A stretch of DNA of 57,880 nt, counting the filler, from Bipalium vagum (taxonomy: Eukaryota): the NCBI GenBank assembly GCA_037834085.1. It is 3 parts of 3 records of this genome, joined end to end, with 100 filler letters (N's around TTAATTAATTAA, not from the genome) between each part and the next. Parts side by side here need not be neighbours in the genome. Positions count along the whole stretch, not along the records: positions 38,978 to 57,880 come from JBBMKC010016153.1; 2 more parts are not named here. One strand, given 5' to 3'. A model generated the notes under the pieces. That model worked only from the letters and a program-made list of their open reading frames with translations, made no database searches and was not told the DNA's origin. Below, piece after piece: positions 38,978 through 52,911 of this stretch; within the stretch, counting starts at the first letter, position 1; each line of letters opens with the position of its first letter. Both the position numbers and the translations under genes were made by a program.

Positions 38978-40699
38978 TTTTATGTCCTTTAACTTAATTT
39001 TATCAATATATTGTGTAACTACAACAAGAAGCAATTAAAAAATATTACGATATAGCCTGAACTAACATAAGTCTTAAAGACATTTTTATGTAAAAATATT
39101 AAGAGAACTATATTTAACAGAATTATATTATTATATAAGAGAATTATATTATTTATATATCATAGGTATTCTATTATTGTGTTGTAAATAATATTAATGT
39201 AAAAGAAAAGAATTTTTAATTAATTCTCAAGATTGCACAAAATCAAAAATAAATTATAATATTAATCCACACTTATTTAATTGTTTTACTTTTGTCTTTT
39301 CTTTATTTAAGTCTGGAGAAAGAATGCGAGAATTAATTAAAAATTATTAATTTACTTGTTTAGCTAACAAAAGCTTATTGATTAGAATGTGTGGAGAAGG
39401 GAAAATTTAGTTGAATTATATTTTCTTTTGTCAAATGGACTATTACGAAATACAGAAGCAAAACCCTGTCATACGTTTGCTCCTTCGGAATTGCCATACT
39501 TTTATCAGTCCTTGTTGAACATGTCAGAATATCTGTATATATAACTAAATTGGTTTTTGTTCATATTAAAACAAGAGTTAAGACAATTTCAGCTGAAAGA
39601 GGAGAACAATACGTTGATGGTGATTGTGATGATAAACGATAGTCTTATGAATTATGCATCAAAGATACCATCACAATAATTAAATTTTAATGACTTCCGC
39701 GCTAATTTTATAGTTTATTTGCAAATGTCATTAAAATTTATTATTGGGTTTATTTTCCCATTTCTTTTGAACAAGTTCCTTTGGCTTTGTTAAACGAGTA
39801 AAAAATATGTTTTAATAAATTTTATTATACTAATATTATAATATTATTATTCTACATCTTGAGGAAAAAAATGCAAGAGGCTGAAGCCATGTTCAGTGAT
39901 AATGTTCAAATTTATCCCAAATAATAAAATTCTTCTTATCATTCGATGTTATCGAAAAGATATGAAATGTCGTTAACAAACGGTGGTCCTTTGGCGGATG
40001 GTAAACATTAGAATATAGCCTTATCAATATGTGCCTTTAAGACGGGGCCAGATGGGTACGACTATAAATCAAAGAGAACAAAACGAAAACACTATCTGCC
40101 GATAACCGTTTTTAATGGCTTTAACAGATATTACAATTCGAGGAGTTGCATCGTTTTCTTTTCATCTTTTTTTCATTTATAAGTCTTTATAGAAATAAAA
40201 TTTTTGATCAGTGGTCATTTCTTGAGGAAAATTTAATAGTTGTCTCTTAAACGATGCCACCTGCTTCCATTTCTCGGAATTCTATGATGCCACTGAGCAC
40301 ACATGTGCACTGAATTTGGTTATTTGCATATTCTTCAATTTTCTAATAATTGTCTGCATGCTGCCTAGATTTGCTGCCAAATTCCTCTCAACCAAGCGAA
40401 AAGAATCCCACTAATTTTTATTGTAGAATTCGATAATATTACCGTTATGACAATTTGAATCTATTTATCAGTCAGATGAAATTTTATCATTTCTTAAGGA
40501 TCATTCAAAACAGTCGATTTTTCTTTACCATGTCATTCATTTGGAGGAAAATGTGTGAGAATCTCTAGGAGGAGTCTAAATAAAATTAAAAATACTTCAG
40601 TAAACACTCTCTTCCGATTTATATTCTCTAAAAATGGAGCTGATCTCATATGAATATTTACTTGATTATGTTGAGCAATTTATATTTTATTTATTATTT

Positions 40700-41780
40700 T
40701 CTGAAGACATCCCCCGTTAATAGCACCTCGCTTATTGGGATGATTCGATTAATATCACGTAAAAATGAAAACCATCTGGTTTTTCTCATTAAAGCGGGTT
40801 TTTCGTGAATATCACAACCCGGTGTAAATAATGACTCATGGTTTTCTCTCTAACTGACGTCATGATATTAAAAGGGCTGCACTTTATTTACTGATAATGA
40901 TTGGCTATCAATTTCGATATATCCTTTTTTTATTTTATTCTTTTAACTCGATTTCTATTATATTTCATCATACTCATCAACTTCTACCTTAACAGATCTC
41001 ACAATAATTTAATAAAAAACTTATTACTAGAAGTTTTATATGGTTCACACAAACTTATATAACACCTGCTCCGTCCAGATTATACGAATGATCTTTTATT
41101 TGTTTTCGAAAATAAATACATCATTTTTTAATTGATTAAGTGTTGTAGTAAGCATATTTCTTTTGCTATTATTGTTAAGAAAATCTTTTTGAGCTTATAC
41201 AATTAATAATTAGAGAAATACTTAAGGGGGCATTGTTAATAGTCCAATGAACAAGCTATTCATCATACCAGAACAGTATATTTCTCCTGTTGTTAGATTT
41301 CTTGGCTTACAATTTAGAAATATAAATCTTGTCTATAGAATGAACGTGATTGATGGGTATATTTCCGATAAGAGTAGAAATTCTTCTATGCTTGTTTCGA
41401 ATTGTTTTGTTTTTTTATTTATCATGGTCTTTCCATCATTTTTTAATTATTTTTATTTCTTGAAAATTCCCACATCTTGGGTCATTCCACTCATATTGTG
41501 AGAAAAGATTGTGTTGAATTTCATAATGATCTTCAAAATGTGAATTTCGGTTATTTCCAACTGGGGTAGTTGGTTTTGATATTTTTGTAAGCTGAATAGT
41601 TCGTGAGGTTTCATTAATGCCTTTAAAGGAGTTATACTCAAAGTTTAAAAAATAATGTACCCTTTGAATCTATCACATCATTTTATCTTTGTAAATCTCA
41701 TTCTTAACAGTCTTTTGATCTCCAATCATCTTTTATTTGGTTTGAAGAGCCTTAACTTTGCGATCTCAAACCACATTGAG
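40700..41780 (-). mobile_element. Penelope-like retroelement remnant
   Basis: IEEFLLLSEIYPSITFIL*TRFIFLN resembles the Penelope RT motif LN..HP.I.FT.E..L.FLD, followed by KDHSYNLDGAGVIYKF, resembling a GIY-YIG start. Confidence 0.45.
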
Positions 41781-44700
41781 CGGGAAAATAATATTAATAT
41801 TTTTTTATAGATCACAACAAATTAGCTACATTATAGTTTTGCTCTCTGTGAAAAATGTTAAAACAAATTAAAATTGAAAAGTATAAATAATATTTTATAG
41901 GATGTCCTTCGTAATAGTTTAAAAAAATATAATTTCTTTAAACGAGATTTTTGTAAAAAAATATTCAGATAAACATGAATAATAATTCTAAGTTTTATTT
42001 CATTTATTATATTTATTACTTTTTAATTATTTTAATTTTTTATTAAAAAAATAGAACAAGCCATCTCATCATTCAATACAATTTATCTGAATAAAAATTA
42101 TAATTTCTTAATATATTTCATGCAAAATTTAATTTATTTATAAAATTAGAGTTGAATTAGTTTATCTTATTTTATTAAATAAATTTAAAATTCATCTTTA
42201 ATATAATCAAAAAAATAATGAAAAATAATTTTGATAATAAAATTCTAAAAACCATTTATTTATTTATATATTTTAAATAAATTTACACTAAAAGATTGCA
42301 GTAAATTTGAATGAATTAATTATTAATAATTTATTTTATTAATTTATTATTAATTTATTATTAATTTATTATTATTATTATTTTTATTATTATTATTATT
42401 ATTAAATAAAAAATTATTCATTTATTTTTTTTATCAATTTTATACATTTTAAAAAATCAACTGAAAAATCTGATATATGTTTGAAATAAAATTTTACTTA
42501 TTATTTCTTGGTATAATAAATAATTTAAATACAAATTAAAACAAAATCCAGTTTCACTGAAAATCCAAATTTTCAAATGTATTAATTTTAATATTACCCC
42601 AGTTCTTATTTTTTACTAAAAATTACTTACAGTTATTTCTTTGTAAAAATTATTTTTTTCCGAGGAGATCAATAGTTTTATTAGCTTAAAGTTTTTTTTA
42701 CATTTATTTTATTTTTTATTTACTAATATTTCTAGTCTTCATAATTTCATAATGCTATTATTTAAAAGGATTTTATATCTGAAAATTTTATAAAATAATT
42801 TTAATAATGTTTTTTAAATGAACAATTTATTTGATTAATTTTCTAAGATAATTTATGAAGTGAAACTGATAAAGACAATTAATTCATTATAGTTTTCAAT
42901 GTCTAAAATAATAAAAGAAATAAATTAACTTTTATCGCAAAGATATAAACGAAAGATAATTTTAAATGAACATATTTCATATATTTTTTCATCCATAATA
43001 ATTTCCCTTTTTACAAATTTTTTTTATTCTTAATGTAAAATTCTCGATATAAAAAATAATATAATAATATTATTAATAATAATAGCTATCTTATGAGAAA
43101 ACATAGGCATAAGCTATTATTTGCACTTACTAAGTATAGAACAATTTTTTATATATAAGCCTAAGTATTTAAGTAATATTTAATTAGTGATTTTTCAATT
43201 TATTAAGAATGTTTTATTTATAATATAATTAAATTATTATTCGACAATATTCCTTTAATTAATAATTAAGGTAAATGTAATAATTTTTTTATTAAAAAAA
43301 AATAGAAAAAGAATTAGAATATTATGTATATATTAAACATATTTTATGAACTGACGTTTACTACATTTTTATTTAATTTATTTATTAATTATTTTATATT
43401 TATTTATTTATTTTTATATTTAAGAAATAAAATTAGAATTTATTTTTAATATACAGCCAATCATCGTTAAAAGAAATAAGTCAGGAAAACCAAAATATAA
43501 CGAGGGTTTTTTATAAATGGGGAAAATGATTACACAATAACTGTAATATTACAATATACTAAATACAATGCAGTGTAACAGTCGATGCACAAGAAAAGTC
43601 AATATATGGAATTTTTATTTAAAATAATCGAATAGTGATGTTTAAATCAGTATTGAATATAAATATGTAATTGTAATGAGTTTATTTTTATAATAAAATA
43701 AAGATTTTAGTGTATCTTTTAATTTAAATATGTTCTCATCAACATTTGGTAGCTCTTGGTGTAACACCACATATATCCATTTTTTATTTTTTCTTCAATT
43801 TCAATAAATATATTTATGAGATATTGATCATTGGATATTTTAATTGATGATAATTGATTGTTTTCTTAAAGATTTTTGAAAAATGTATAACTGGTTCTTT
43901 AAAATGATAATTTTTCTGATTCAGGAGATAAAGGAAAATTTCCCTTTTTTCTTTCATGGTAAATTTGAATCGTTTATTCATTAAAAAAAATTTAACATAA
44001 ATGAAACACCATTTAAAAATTGTTATGAAAAATTTCTTTAATATTATGAATAAATAAATGTTTAAAAAATAAATTTACTTAAAATATCACAAAATACCGA
44101 AATTCGAAAACTATTGAAAAAAAAAGAAAATATTTTTCAAACACGTTTTAATAAAAAAAATTGTAAAGATTGAGCTATTTAAACAAAATGTAAATGATTT
44201 TTCAATAAACTTTTACCAGTTATTAAATAAGAAATATGTTATCAAGAGTTAATTTTTAACCCTCAAAAATTGGCGATTTTTTAAAAATAAAATGAGAATA
44301 ATAAATTATTTCATTAGGCACAGAAACTGGATTCCGAGAAATTGAGAAGGTTGGAAATTAATTAAAATCTGTGACAATTCAGAAAACTTTAATGATTTTA
44401 TCATACATAAAAATTATAAAGAATTTTTTTAATTAAATATGATCTAAAAATTCACAAAACCTTGAGCAAATATTGAAAGGGAAAAATATTGATAAATTAA
44501 ATTATCAATATATAATTTATCTTTACAATTATTTTATTATAAAAAATAATATATTATTATTATTATTATAAAAAAAAATAATATATTATTATTATTATAA
44601 AAAAAAATAATATAAAAGAAATAAAAACGTTTTTTAAAAGTTCCTTGAAAATTAAAATTAATTCTTAATGAAATTAATAAAATTTCGGTTTCTTACAGAC

Positions 44701-46064
44701 TACATCATTTAATGACCACAATATTTACAGATTTTATAATATCATACCATTCCATAAATGAAAGAAATCTTTAAAATATATTTCGCATTTCAAACAAATC
44801 TCTAAAGGTGTGTCAATTCTTCTATATTTCTTCTTTCATTGTCTAAAATGTTCTTTCGGTAGATTTTCAATATCACTTTGTCAGAATTCACTTTTCAGCA
44901 GGGAAGAAATCTTTGTGGTGAGATTTGTATCACCCTGAGGAATTGAGAAAACAAATTTTGTGCACTTGAAACAAGAAACGTTCATTTCTCTACAATTTCA
45001 AAGAATGGTACATTTAGTATTTGAATGTCGTATTGAAGTTGTGTTTTTGAGGTGAATGAGGCTGTTGGACCAGCCTAATATTGTCGGAGGAATAGTAGGA
45101 GAAAATTAATCCTCCATTCTTTTTCATTATAGAGCATAAATATCTTACACAGTGAATTTCCCACTATTTCATACATTTAAACAAGGTCATTTTTTATTTT
45201 TTAAAATATTTTTACAGAAAAATTGGTAAAAATTGATATAATATAATAATCATAAGTATAAAATAATTCCATTAAAGAATACAATTTCCAAAAGAAAATA
45301 AGTACAAAAATAAGATAGATTTAAGTTATAAAAAATTCAGGATAAAAAGGAGTAGAAAGAATATTTTGAGATTATCAAAGAATTTTATGAAAGTAAGAGC
45401 AATTTATGGTGAATGTTATATTATTATTTTTTAAAGTTCATTTTGTTTAAACAGGCTAATTAAGAAGCCTGACTTTTTATGTATTCTTTTTTTATTCTAC
45501 TCAGTGTGGAGACGGTAAACAATTATTTAAGCTATTTATTATTTATTCTCAACCCAGGGATATGAATACGTGTTATATGGCATTTGTGATGTGAAAGTGG
45601 ATTATTTTTATTTCATTTTTCATTAACCATGTGTCAATTGTGAAAAATAATCAATTAATTGAAATTAAATTAAATTTTTTAAATAAATATATTTCTAAAT
45701 CAATATTGTACAAAACAAAATTACGGTAAATATAAATATTGTAATATGATAATATGTGATGAAGAATAAAAGAAATAAAAAATAAATTTTATAGCCCGAA
45801 GAAAGCATGGTTTATAAGTCGTAATTAATTTGTCAATATTATTTATTATTTTCCAAAAATCTCTAAAGAAAAGGTTGAGTTATATTGGACATATCAATTT
45901 TTCTAGAGTACTGATCTTATTAGAAAAAATCATTATCCACCCTAAACTACTTTATATTTCAATACTCATTAATGATAATCAAAATTTTAAAAGGCACACT
46001 CGTTCATCATTGTCCAAATATTATTCTAATATATTTTAATATAATATGAATATGAATATATATA

Positions 46065-46585
46065 TTAGGTTTTTATGTTGGAAATTCGCGTTTTCTTGAG
46101 TAACATGTATTATCGCATAACCCGTCAAAAATACCTTTGCATTTTAAATGTTGTTATGTATATTTGTCTCATAATATTTTATTAATACTATCTTTTATTT
46201 TTTTTATTTTTAGTTGTACAATAAACTAAGAAATGGATGAAAAGAATAGAAAATTCACAATTTTATGTGGCATGATTTCAACTAAGTAAAGACTGTCACA
46301 TAATCATTCCGAACAATAGGCGATGTGTTTGGTGATATTTTTATTATTAATAAAAATGAAGAAGATAGTTTCAACGATTTAAACATGGGAATGTAAATCT
46401 GAAAGACGTTCGGCATGGGTGAGGTTCACAAACTGTAGATGATGATGACTTAAAAGAAGTCATTGAAATAGGGATTCGACAAACTACTCCAGAAATTGCT
46501 GATAGGTTCAAATGCAGGCATGTTGGCAAAATAAATAGATATGGTAAATAGAGCCCACATAAACTTAGTCTTGAAAAAGTACATT
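46065..46585 (+). mobile_element. Mariner 5' half remnant
   Basis: TA+TTAGGT TIR-like start; frames read DVFGD..FQRFKHGNVNLKD..VDDDDLKEVIE..PHKL. Confidence 0.75.
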
Positions 46586-46790
46586 TCTAACTAAAAAAAC
46601 GTTATATATATATATGTGTGTGTATTCACATTTATATTTATTTTAATTTTTAAATTGAAATTTTAAATTAAAAATTAAAATAAATATTAAAAATACAAAT
46701 ATAATATATAAAAAGAAAGTAATCGAAATTATATATTTATTAAAAATAAGAAGTATCAAAATAAATAGTTTGAAGTATAAATAGAAACGT

Positions 46791-46812
46791 AATAATAATA
46801 ATAATAATAATA

Positions 46813-46857
<45 letters not shown>
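46791..46857. repeat. (AAT)n(TAT)n self-complementary microsatellite
   Basis: Direct reading. Another (AAT/AAC)n tract lies at 47281-47337. Confidence 0.9.
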
Positions 46858-47294
46858 ATGTAAGAAATGAAATAAAATTGGATTAAAATTCATATTATAT
46901 ATATATGATTAAAATTAGAATATTTTGTTAAATATTAATCTTCAGAAAAATGAGTCTGGACTTTGAATTATTCAAAATAATATAATACTTTGGTTTTATT
47001 CAACTTCACATTAATATTAACCATATAAACTGGACATTTTATATGCTTAAAAATTAAGAAATTCAAAATATAATAATATTTTTTATTATATTTCATCAAG
47101 AAAAGAATTAAAAAATATGTTATTAATATATCATTATTTTGAAAGACACTTTTTATCGAATATAATACTCTGTTGGGAGTCATATAGGATGTCTTCATAA
47201 TTAAATGTCATTTTGAAAGATGTAGAGATTTCCAATTACAATATCGAATTCCAATAAGTTAGCTAAAGGAGAATTTTTTAATAATAACAATAAC

Positions 47295-47338
<44 letters not shown>

Positions 47339-50229
47339 AAATAACATTGCTAAATAACAAAAGAAATAATTAATAAAACATTTTTACTGACTTTTAAACA
47401 ATTGCGAGTAAGTGAGACAGTATAATATGGTTCTTTTTAAAGTACTTGAGTAAAAGGTTTAAGGTTTCCTCTTCATTTCAAGTTAAAATAAAAGAAAATA
47501 CTACATTTATGTTTTATTTTCAATTATAATATAATATTAATTAAAATATAATAAAATTTTTAATTTAATAGAGGCTTACCTGTCTTATTATTATTTATCA
47601 ATAAATATAACAATATTTTTGCTTTAAAGTTAGTATATGAAAAAGCGGCAATACTTTTCCCTCAACCTAATATCTACAAAACATGAAGCGAGGTCTGGTG
47701 AGTTTGTTTAATATGTGACCCAAAAACTATTGAGACCAATATTTAAAGCCAAGATTTAATTTATTATTAATATAAAATTTATCTATTATTGTAAAATTTA
47801 TTAATATATTTATTTAATAATATAAAATTTATTTATTAATATAATTATTATTTATTTATATAATATTTGTTTGTTAATATAATATTTATTAATTAATATA
47901 AAATTTATTCTTTATTGTAAAATAAAAAAGAAAACTAATTACCAAGTGGTTAATCATGTTTATTCTCTTATAACATAATTACATTATTAATAATAATAGA
48001 CAAAGAAAAAACACTATTCCAAAATAATTTTATTATTCAGTATAACTTCACTTAACACAATCAATATATTAATATTTGCTTAACAATTATCCAAGTGGAG
48101 AATCTCATTCCAAATATGATTTTCCGGGGTGTGTATGGCGTAATTGTTGTTGACCTTGCCAGGACTGGTGTGTCTTTAATAAAAAACCTTTGATCCCACA
48201 TCTTGAATATTGAAATCATGAAGGGAAATAGAAATTATGATGTGCATTTTGCATCATAATAATTCATAGATCCACTTTGACAGCCTTTTGACATTGACAA
48301 TTTTCCAAGTGCTTTCATATTCACCATACAACCCTCAAAAGACAGTTCAGATTCCAATGTTATAAACATTCTTAAAACATTATTATTAATGAAAAATTAT
48401 CACTGTACGTCAAAAGAAGATTTGATGATCTTAAAGAATTTTTCAGTGAAGGTCTCCAGGAATTTTTCGTAGCAAAACATTTTGAGCTTGTTTTACCTTT
48501 AGAGAAATTTTGTTGTGTTCGAAAACTATTTTGACAAATGAAATCTTTTTAAAATATAAATAAATAATATTGATTTAGGTATAGTATTTTGTTCTGAAAT
48601 TAAATATTGAAAGCACTTTACGAATTATACGAGGTTTAGCTCTGAAAAAATATATTAATAATAATGTACATTAAAAAATAAAATGAAATAAATAATTAAA
48701 ATAAAAATGTATCAATTTTTATGTCACTTATTGGTGAAGTTATTTCATCCGAGAATATAAATCTAATTTGAAAGTGATATTAATAAAAAAAGGTTGCATT
48801 AAAACAATATTTTTATTTTAGATGAGGACTTAGGAATTATTTATTTCAATGGCCATAATAAATCTTCTGTTTAAAACAAAAATTGAATTTAAAATAAATA
48901 AACAATGAAAATGAATTACATGTTAATTGTCTTAGAGTTTTAATGCTAACTTTTGTTTTTATTTAAAAAATGGAAAAGATCTTTTAAAACAATTCTTGAA
49001 AATAGTTTTTAAATTCATATATAATAAATATCAATGATAATTTTTACAATCAAATAATTTTCCTTTCTTTTATTAAATTCCATTGAAATTCTCCATTGTC
49101 GCCATTCTGAGCACTACAAAAAAACGAAAGAAATATTTTCCCCAGTTCAAAATAGTCAGTTAGAGCATAAAAAAGTCTTGTAAAATGTAGAAAATAAAAT
49201 TAAAATAATTGTCTTAATAATTAATTGACATAATCAAACTTCAAATTAAAAAGAATGAGCAATTATATTATCAATTATTTTATGTACAGAGCCCATTGTG
49301 ATAAATAAAGTTTCATAAAACTTTTGTTTCTATTTTCCTTCGTTTGAGTTTCGTTTGTCCTTTAGACAAAATAAGACTGTTAACATCTATTGGTTTATAA
49401 TCAAGACAGGACATTTTTAAAATAATTTTCAAAACATTAAATTTTATAAGACAATTAAAACAATAAACAATTTTAAAATACATATTATTTAATATTTAGC
49501 ATATTTATTAATTTCCAGTTTTTTATTAGCTGTATATGAATTTGGACTTTCATATTGCTTAATAGCTCTAAAATTTAAAAAATATTGATAAAATTAGAAT
49601 CAATATTGTAAATTAGTTTTTTTCTTGATAATTTACTGAATACCTTAAGTGCTGATTATATAAAAAAAAAGACTGTTTAAAAATTCTTAAAAATCTATGG
49701 GTGCGGGTTATTTACGGAAATTTAGTGTAATAATATTTTTAAAAATTATGTCTAATTAAATTATTTTATTGTTATGATTTTTTAAAAACTCTGATATTAA
49801 TAAACCAATACATTTTAAATATAAATAAGATTTTAAAATTAAAATTTCCCATGGTCTGATTAACCTCCTTATAAAAACAAATTTAAAAGCAATGGAGTTT
49901 TGATTCAAATTATATACACTTTATAAAGATTGGCTGAAACAATGAGACAATTGTATGAATTTTCATAAAATATTTCAATTCAGTGTACTGCCAATTTTTA
50001 GCAAATATTTTAAAATTCAATAAATGAGTTCGATTAAAAAATATATATATACTACTGTTTTCTGGTAGTTCCAAGAAAATCTCATTTACACATCCTTGAC
50101 AATATAATTTCAGAAAATTGTTTTTTAGATAGAGCTTTCGTTAATGTAAATCCATAGTTCTACGTTATTAGACTTATCATTTAAAGAGATATCTTTGTTT
50201 AAGTAATCACATAATAAATGTTTGAAGAT

Positions 50230-52275
50230 GAACAGAATTTGATTAAATTTTGTCAGGGGAGCATTATATCGTGTTTTAGAACATTTAAAATGGTTCGGAA
50301 ATGTTTCCGTGATTTATTGTATGTTCCAAGCTTAAATTTATTACTGTTACAAGATCTTTAGAGGAGACAGAGAATTCGTGCAAGATAATCGAAATTCCGC
50401 AAAGCTGTTCCTTATCAACTGACAACGAATAAATTTAAAAACCAAAAATATTGATTGGCTGACAGTTAAGATATCTGAACAAAGTTGAATATCAATTTAA
50501 TTTAGTCAATCGATTTTGAAAGACCAATTGGAAATGAGATGCATTTCATTTCGTCCTGTGATGCAGCACTTATATTTTTTCAAAAAAACAGCAGCGTGTT
50601 CATGTCGCTCAAGAAATGCTTTCTATAGACGATTCTTTGTTTTAAAACATTATTTCCGGTGATGAGACATTTGTAAACATTAATAATGTGACTGGCAAAA
50701 AAATAAGTTAACCATGAAAATATTTATCATTAAGTGGTTGACTGTGTAGGATATTGCTGGGTTGTTATGTAACAAAAATTTTGGTTATTTTTCTGCAGTC
50801 ATTGTAAAGTTATGAGTAATTTCCTAAGTGCACTATCGTTCTTGCTGATTTTAAGGCAAAATGTAAAAACAGTTTATTTATTCCAAAATATAGTTTTCAT
50901 TCTTTTCAACCACTTGTCTCCATCTTTCTGGCAAACCATGAATACTTCGAGCAAATAATTTTTCAGATTTGGCCTCAAAGAAAGTTACAAGAGCAGATTA
51001 AACATCACTCGAATCAACGAATAATCTCTGGTCCAAATAATTTTGCAAAAACGAAATAAGTAGTAGTCCGATAGAGCAATGTCTAGCGAATATGGAGGGT
51101 GCTCAGTTCGTGTATTTAATCATTTAACCATTTCTCTTGGTGATCTTTTTCATGATTTTTTTTTCATGGATATTCTGTTTTGATCTGATAGGAACTGATT
51201 TGCCTGATAAGACCAGAAATGACCCTACGCGTGAATTACTGTATTTTTCATCTCTAGTAATAATTATCAATTGATAATTATCAATCAATCGAAAAGTGCC
51301 TTGTTTTTATTTCGCAGAAATCGGAAAGAACATTACAGAAACTAGATCCAATTTCTTTCTATGAGTTCATTAGGTAGACATTTAAACCACTTTTGAACAA
51401 ATCATACTTTATATATATCGCTTATAATTGGTTTTTGTGAAACCTGAAGTCCCTTCAATAATTCTCTGGTATTCACAAATGGAATGGCTTTTAATTAAGA
51501 CTACAAGATGGCGTCATGAACAGCAGAAGCCCTACCTAAATGTGGCTTATCTTTCACGCTGAAATTGTTATTTTGGAATTTTTGAAACCAGAACCGATTT
51601 GTTCTCTTTTACTGCATCCTCTCCAAATTTCTGGTTTCCTTAACCACTCTTTTCTTTTTCTGAAATTTGTAGAAGATGCAATGCGGTAGATGTTGTTTGT
51701 CACAATTCAATTTAGTCCTATGTAAAAAAGACAATTCAGATAAAAAATTGATATTTCTTATTGATCGTGTACAATGAACTTTTAAAATCAATGGAAAAAA
51801 ATATGCGGCAGCCATATCAACATCAACTAAAAAGATTAAAGGATGAATTGATTAAAAAAAATACTTGCAATAGCCAGGAATCGGTGCAGTCATTCTCTTG
51901 CATGACACTTTAAGACCACGTCATCCTTTATTTGTCAAACAAGCACGGTTAGGCCCAGAATAGGAAATCCTTCCGCATCCAGTGTACTCTTCAAACATAG
52001 TTCCAACAGATGTTTATTCAGGTCAATGACCTATACATTATCTGAAGGATATGCAATTCGATTCGTACGCAGATGTTCAAAATTGGGTGTCAAATTTGAC
52101 TTTCTAAAGAAAATGTATTGATATATCATCACCGCAAATTATCAATTTTTCCAGATATATGGGAGAAAATAATTTTTATCGATCGAAAATACTTTGAATG
52201 ATTTTAATATATCTATTTGTCATAAAATAAATAGTAAAGGTTGATTGAAGTCTAAAATTAATTTACTCTCCTAAT
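50230..52275. mobile_element. Cluster of decayed mariner fragments in both orientations
   Basis: GDET near 50660 (+), RWRQVVEKNENYILE* near 50880-50925 (-), HPVYSSNIVPTD near 51975 (+), and a TIR-like ...CTCCTAA+TA near 52275. Confidence 0.7.
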
Positions 52276-52911
52276 ATACATAACTATTTTTATTATGAAA
52301 ATTCATTAGAAGTTAATATCTCTTAAAGAAAGACTTTGATAATTTCCTGAAATTATTTATGTAAAAAGTTTGAGTTATTCTATAATGATCTAGGGAATGT
52401 TATTGAAATCTTATATGATAATAAATTATTTGTAAGATTACAGTAATGATATTGAATTTCAAGTCAATATTTATCAAGTTAAAAGAATAAAACAAAAAAA
52501 TCCTTTTTTAATAATACATTTTGTTATTATTACATTTGTTCATATAATTTTTCATTTTCTGCGAGACAAAATCTGAGAAATATTTTGGTATTCATTAAAA
52601 TAATAAAAAATAACTATACTGTCAATGTCTATTTTTATAACTTTCTATTTTATTATTATTTTATTATTATTTTATTATTATAAGAAGGTTAATCAGACCA
52701 TGGGAATTTTTAATTTTAAAATAATTTAAATAATAATTTAAATAATTATAAATTAATAATAATAATTTTAAAATTTTATTAAAAGTACTACTTATTTTAA
52801 TTTTAATATGTATTCTAAAATTAAATAAATTTAAAAAATAAATTATATTATTAATAAATATAATATTCTTTTATAATATAAAGTAATATAAGTAATATAA
52901 ATATTTTAATA

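Larger units (their letters stand above)
43500..50200 (-). pseudogene. Second decayed multi-exon C-type-lectin-like locus
   Basis: Cys/Trp-patterned exon-like blocks with AG/GT ends at ~50190-50055 (ELWIY), ~49180-49070, ~48545-48410 (DFIC..KCF), ~48370-48085 and ~45150-44695 (GWSN..TKCTIL..VSC..KFV). Many stops are present. Confidence 0.4.

Noticed and set aside
40890-40925. Hammerhead-ribozyme-like core near the Penelope remnant (also CTGATGA..GAAA at ~35176)
   Set aside because: The core is degenerate (CTGATAA..CGATA), and stems I and III could not be formed convincingly.
4513-47198. Short AT-rich ORFs in the track (e.g. 4513, 13716, 24844, 28710, 29040, 35387, 41247, 45830)
   Set aside because: I/L/F/K/N/Y-biased translations without motifs, or antisense to TE remnants, as expected by chance.
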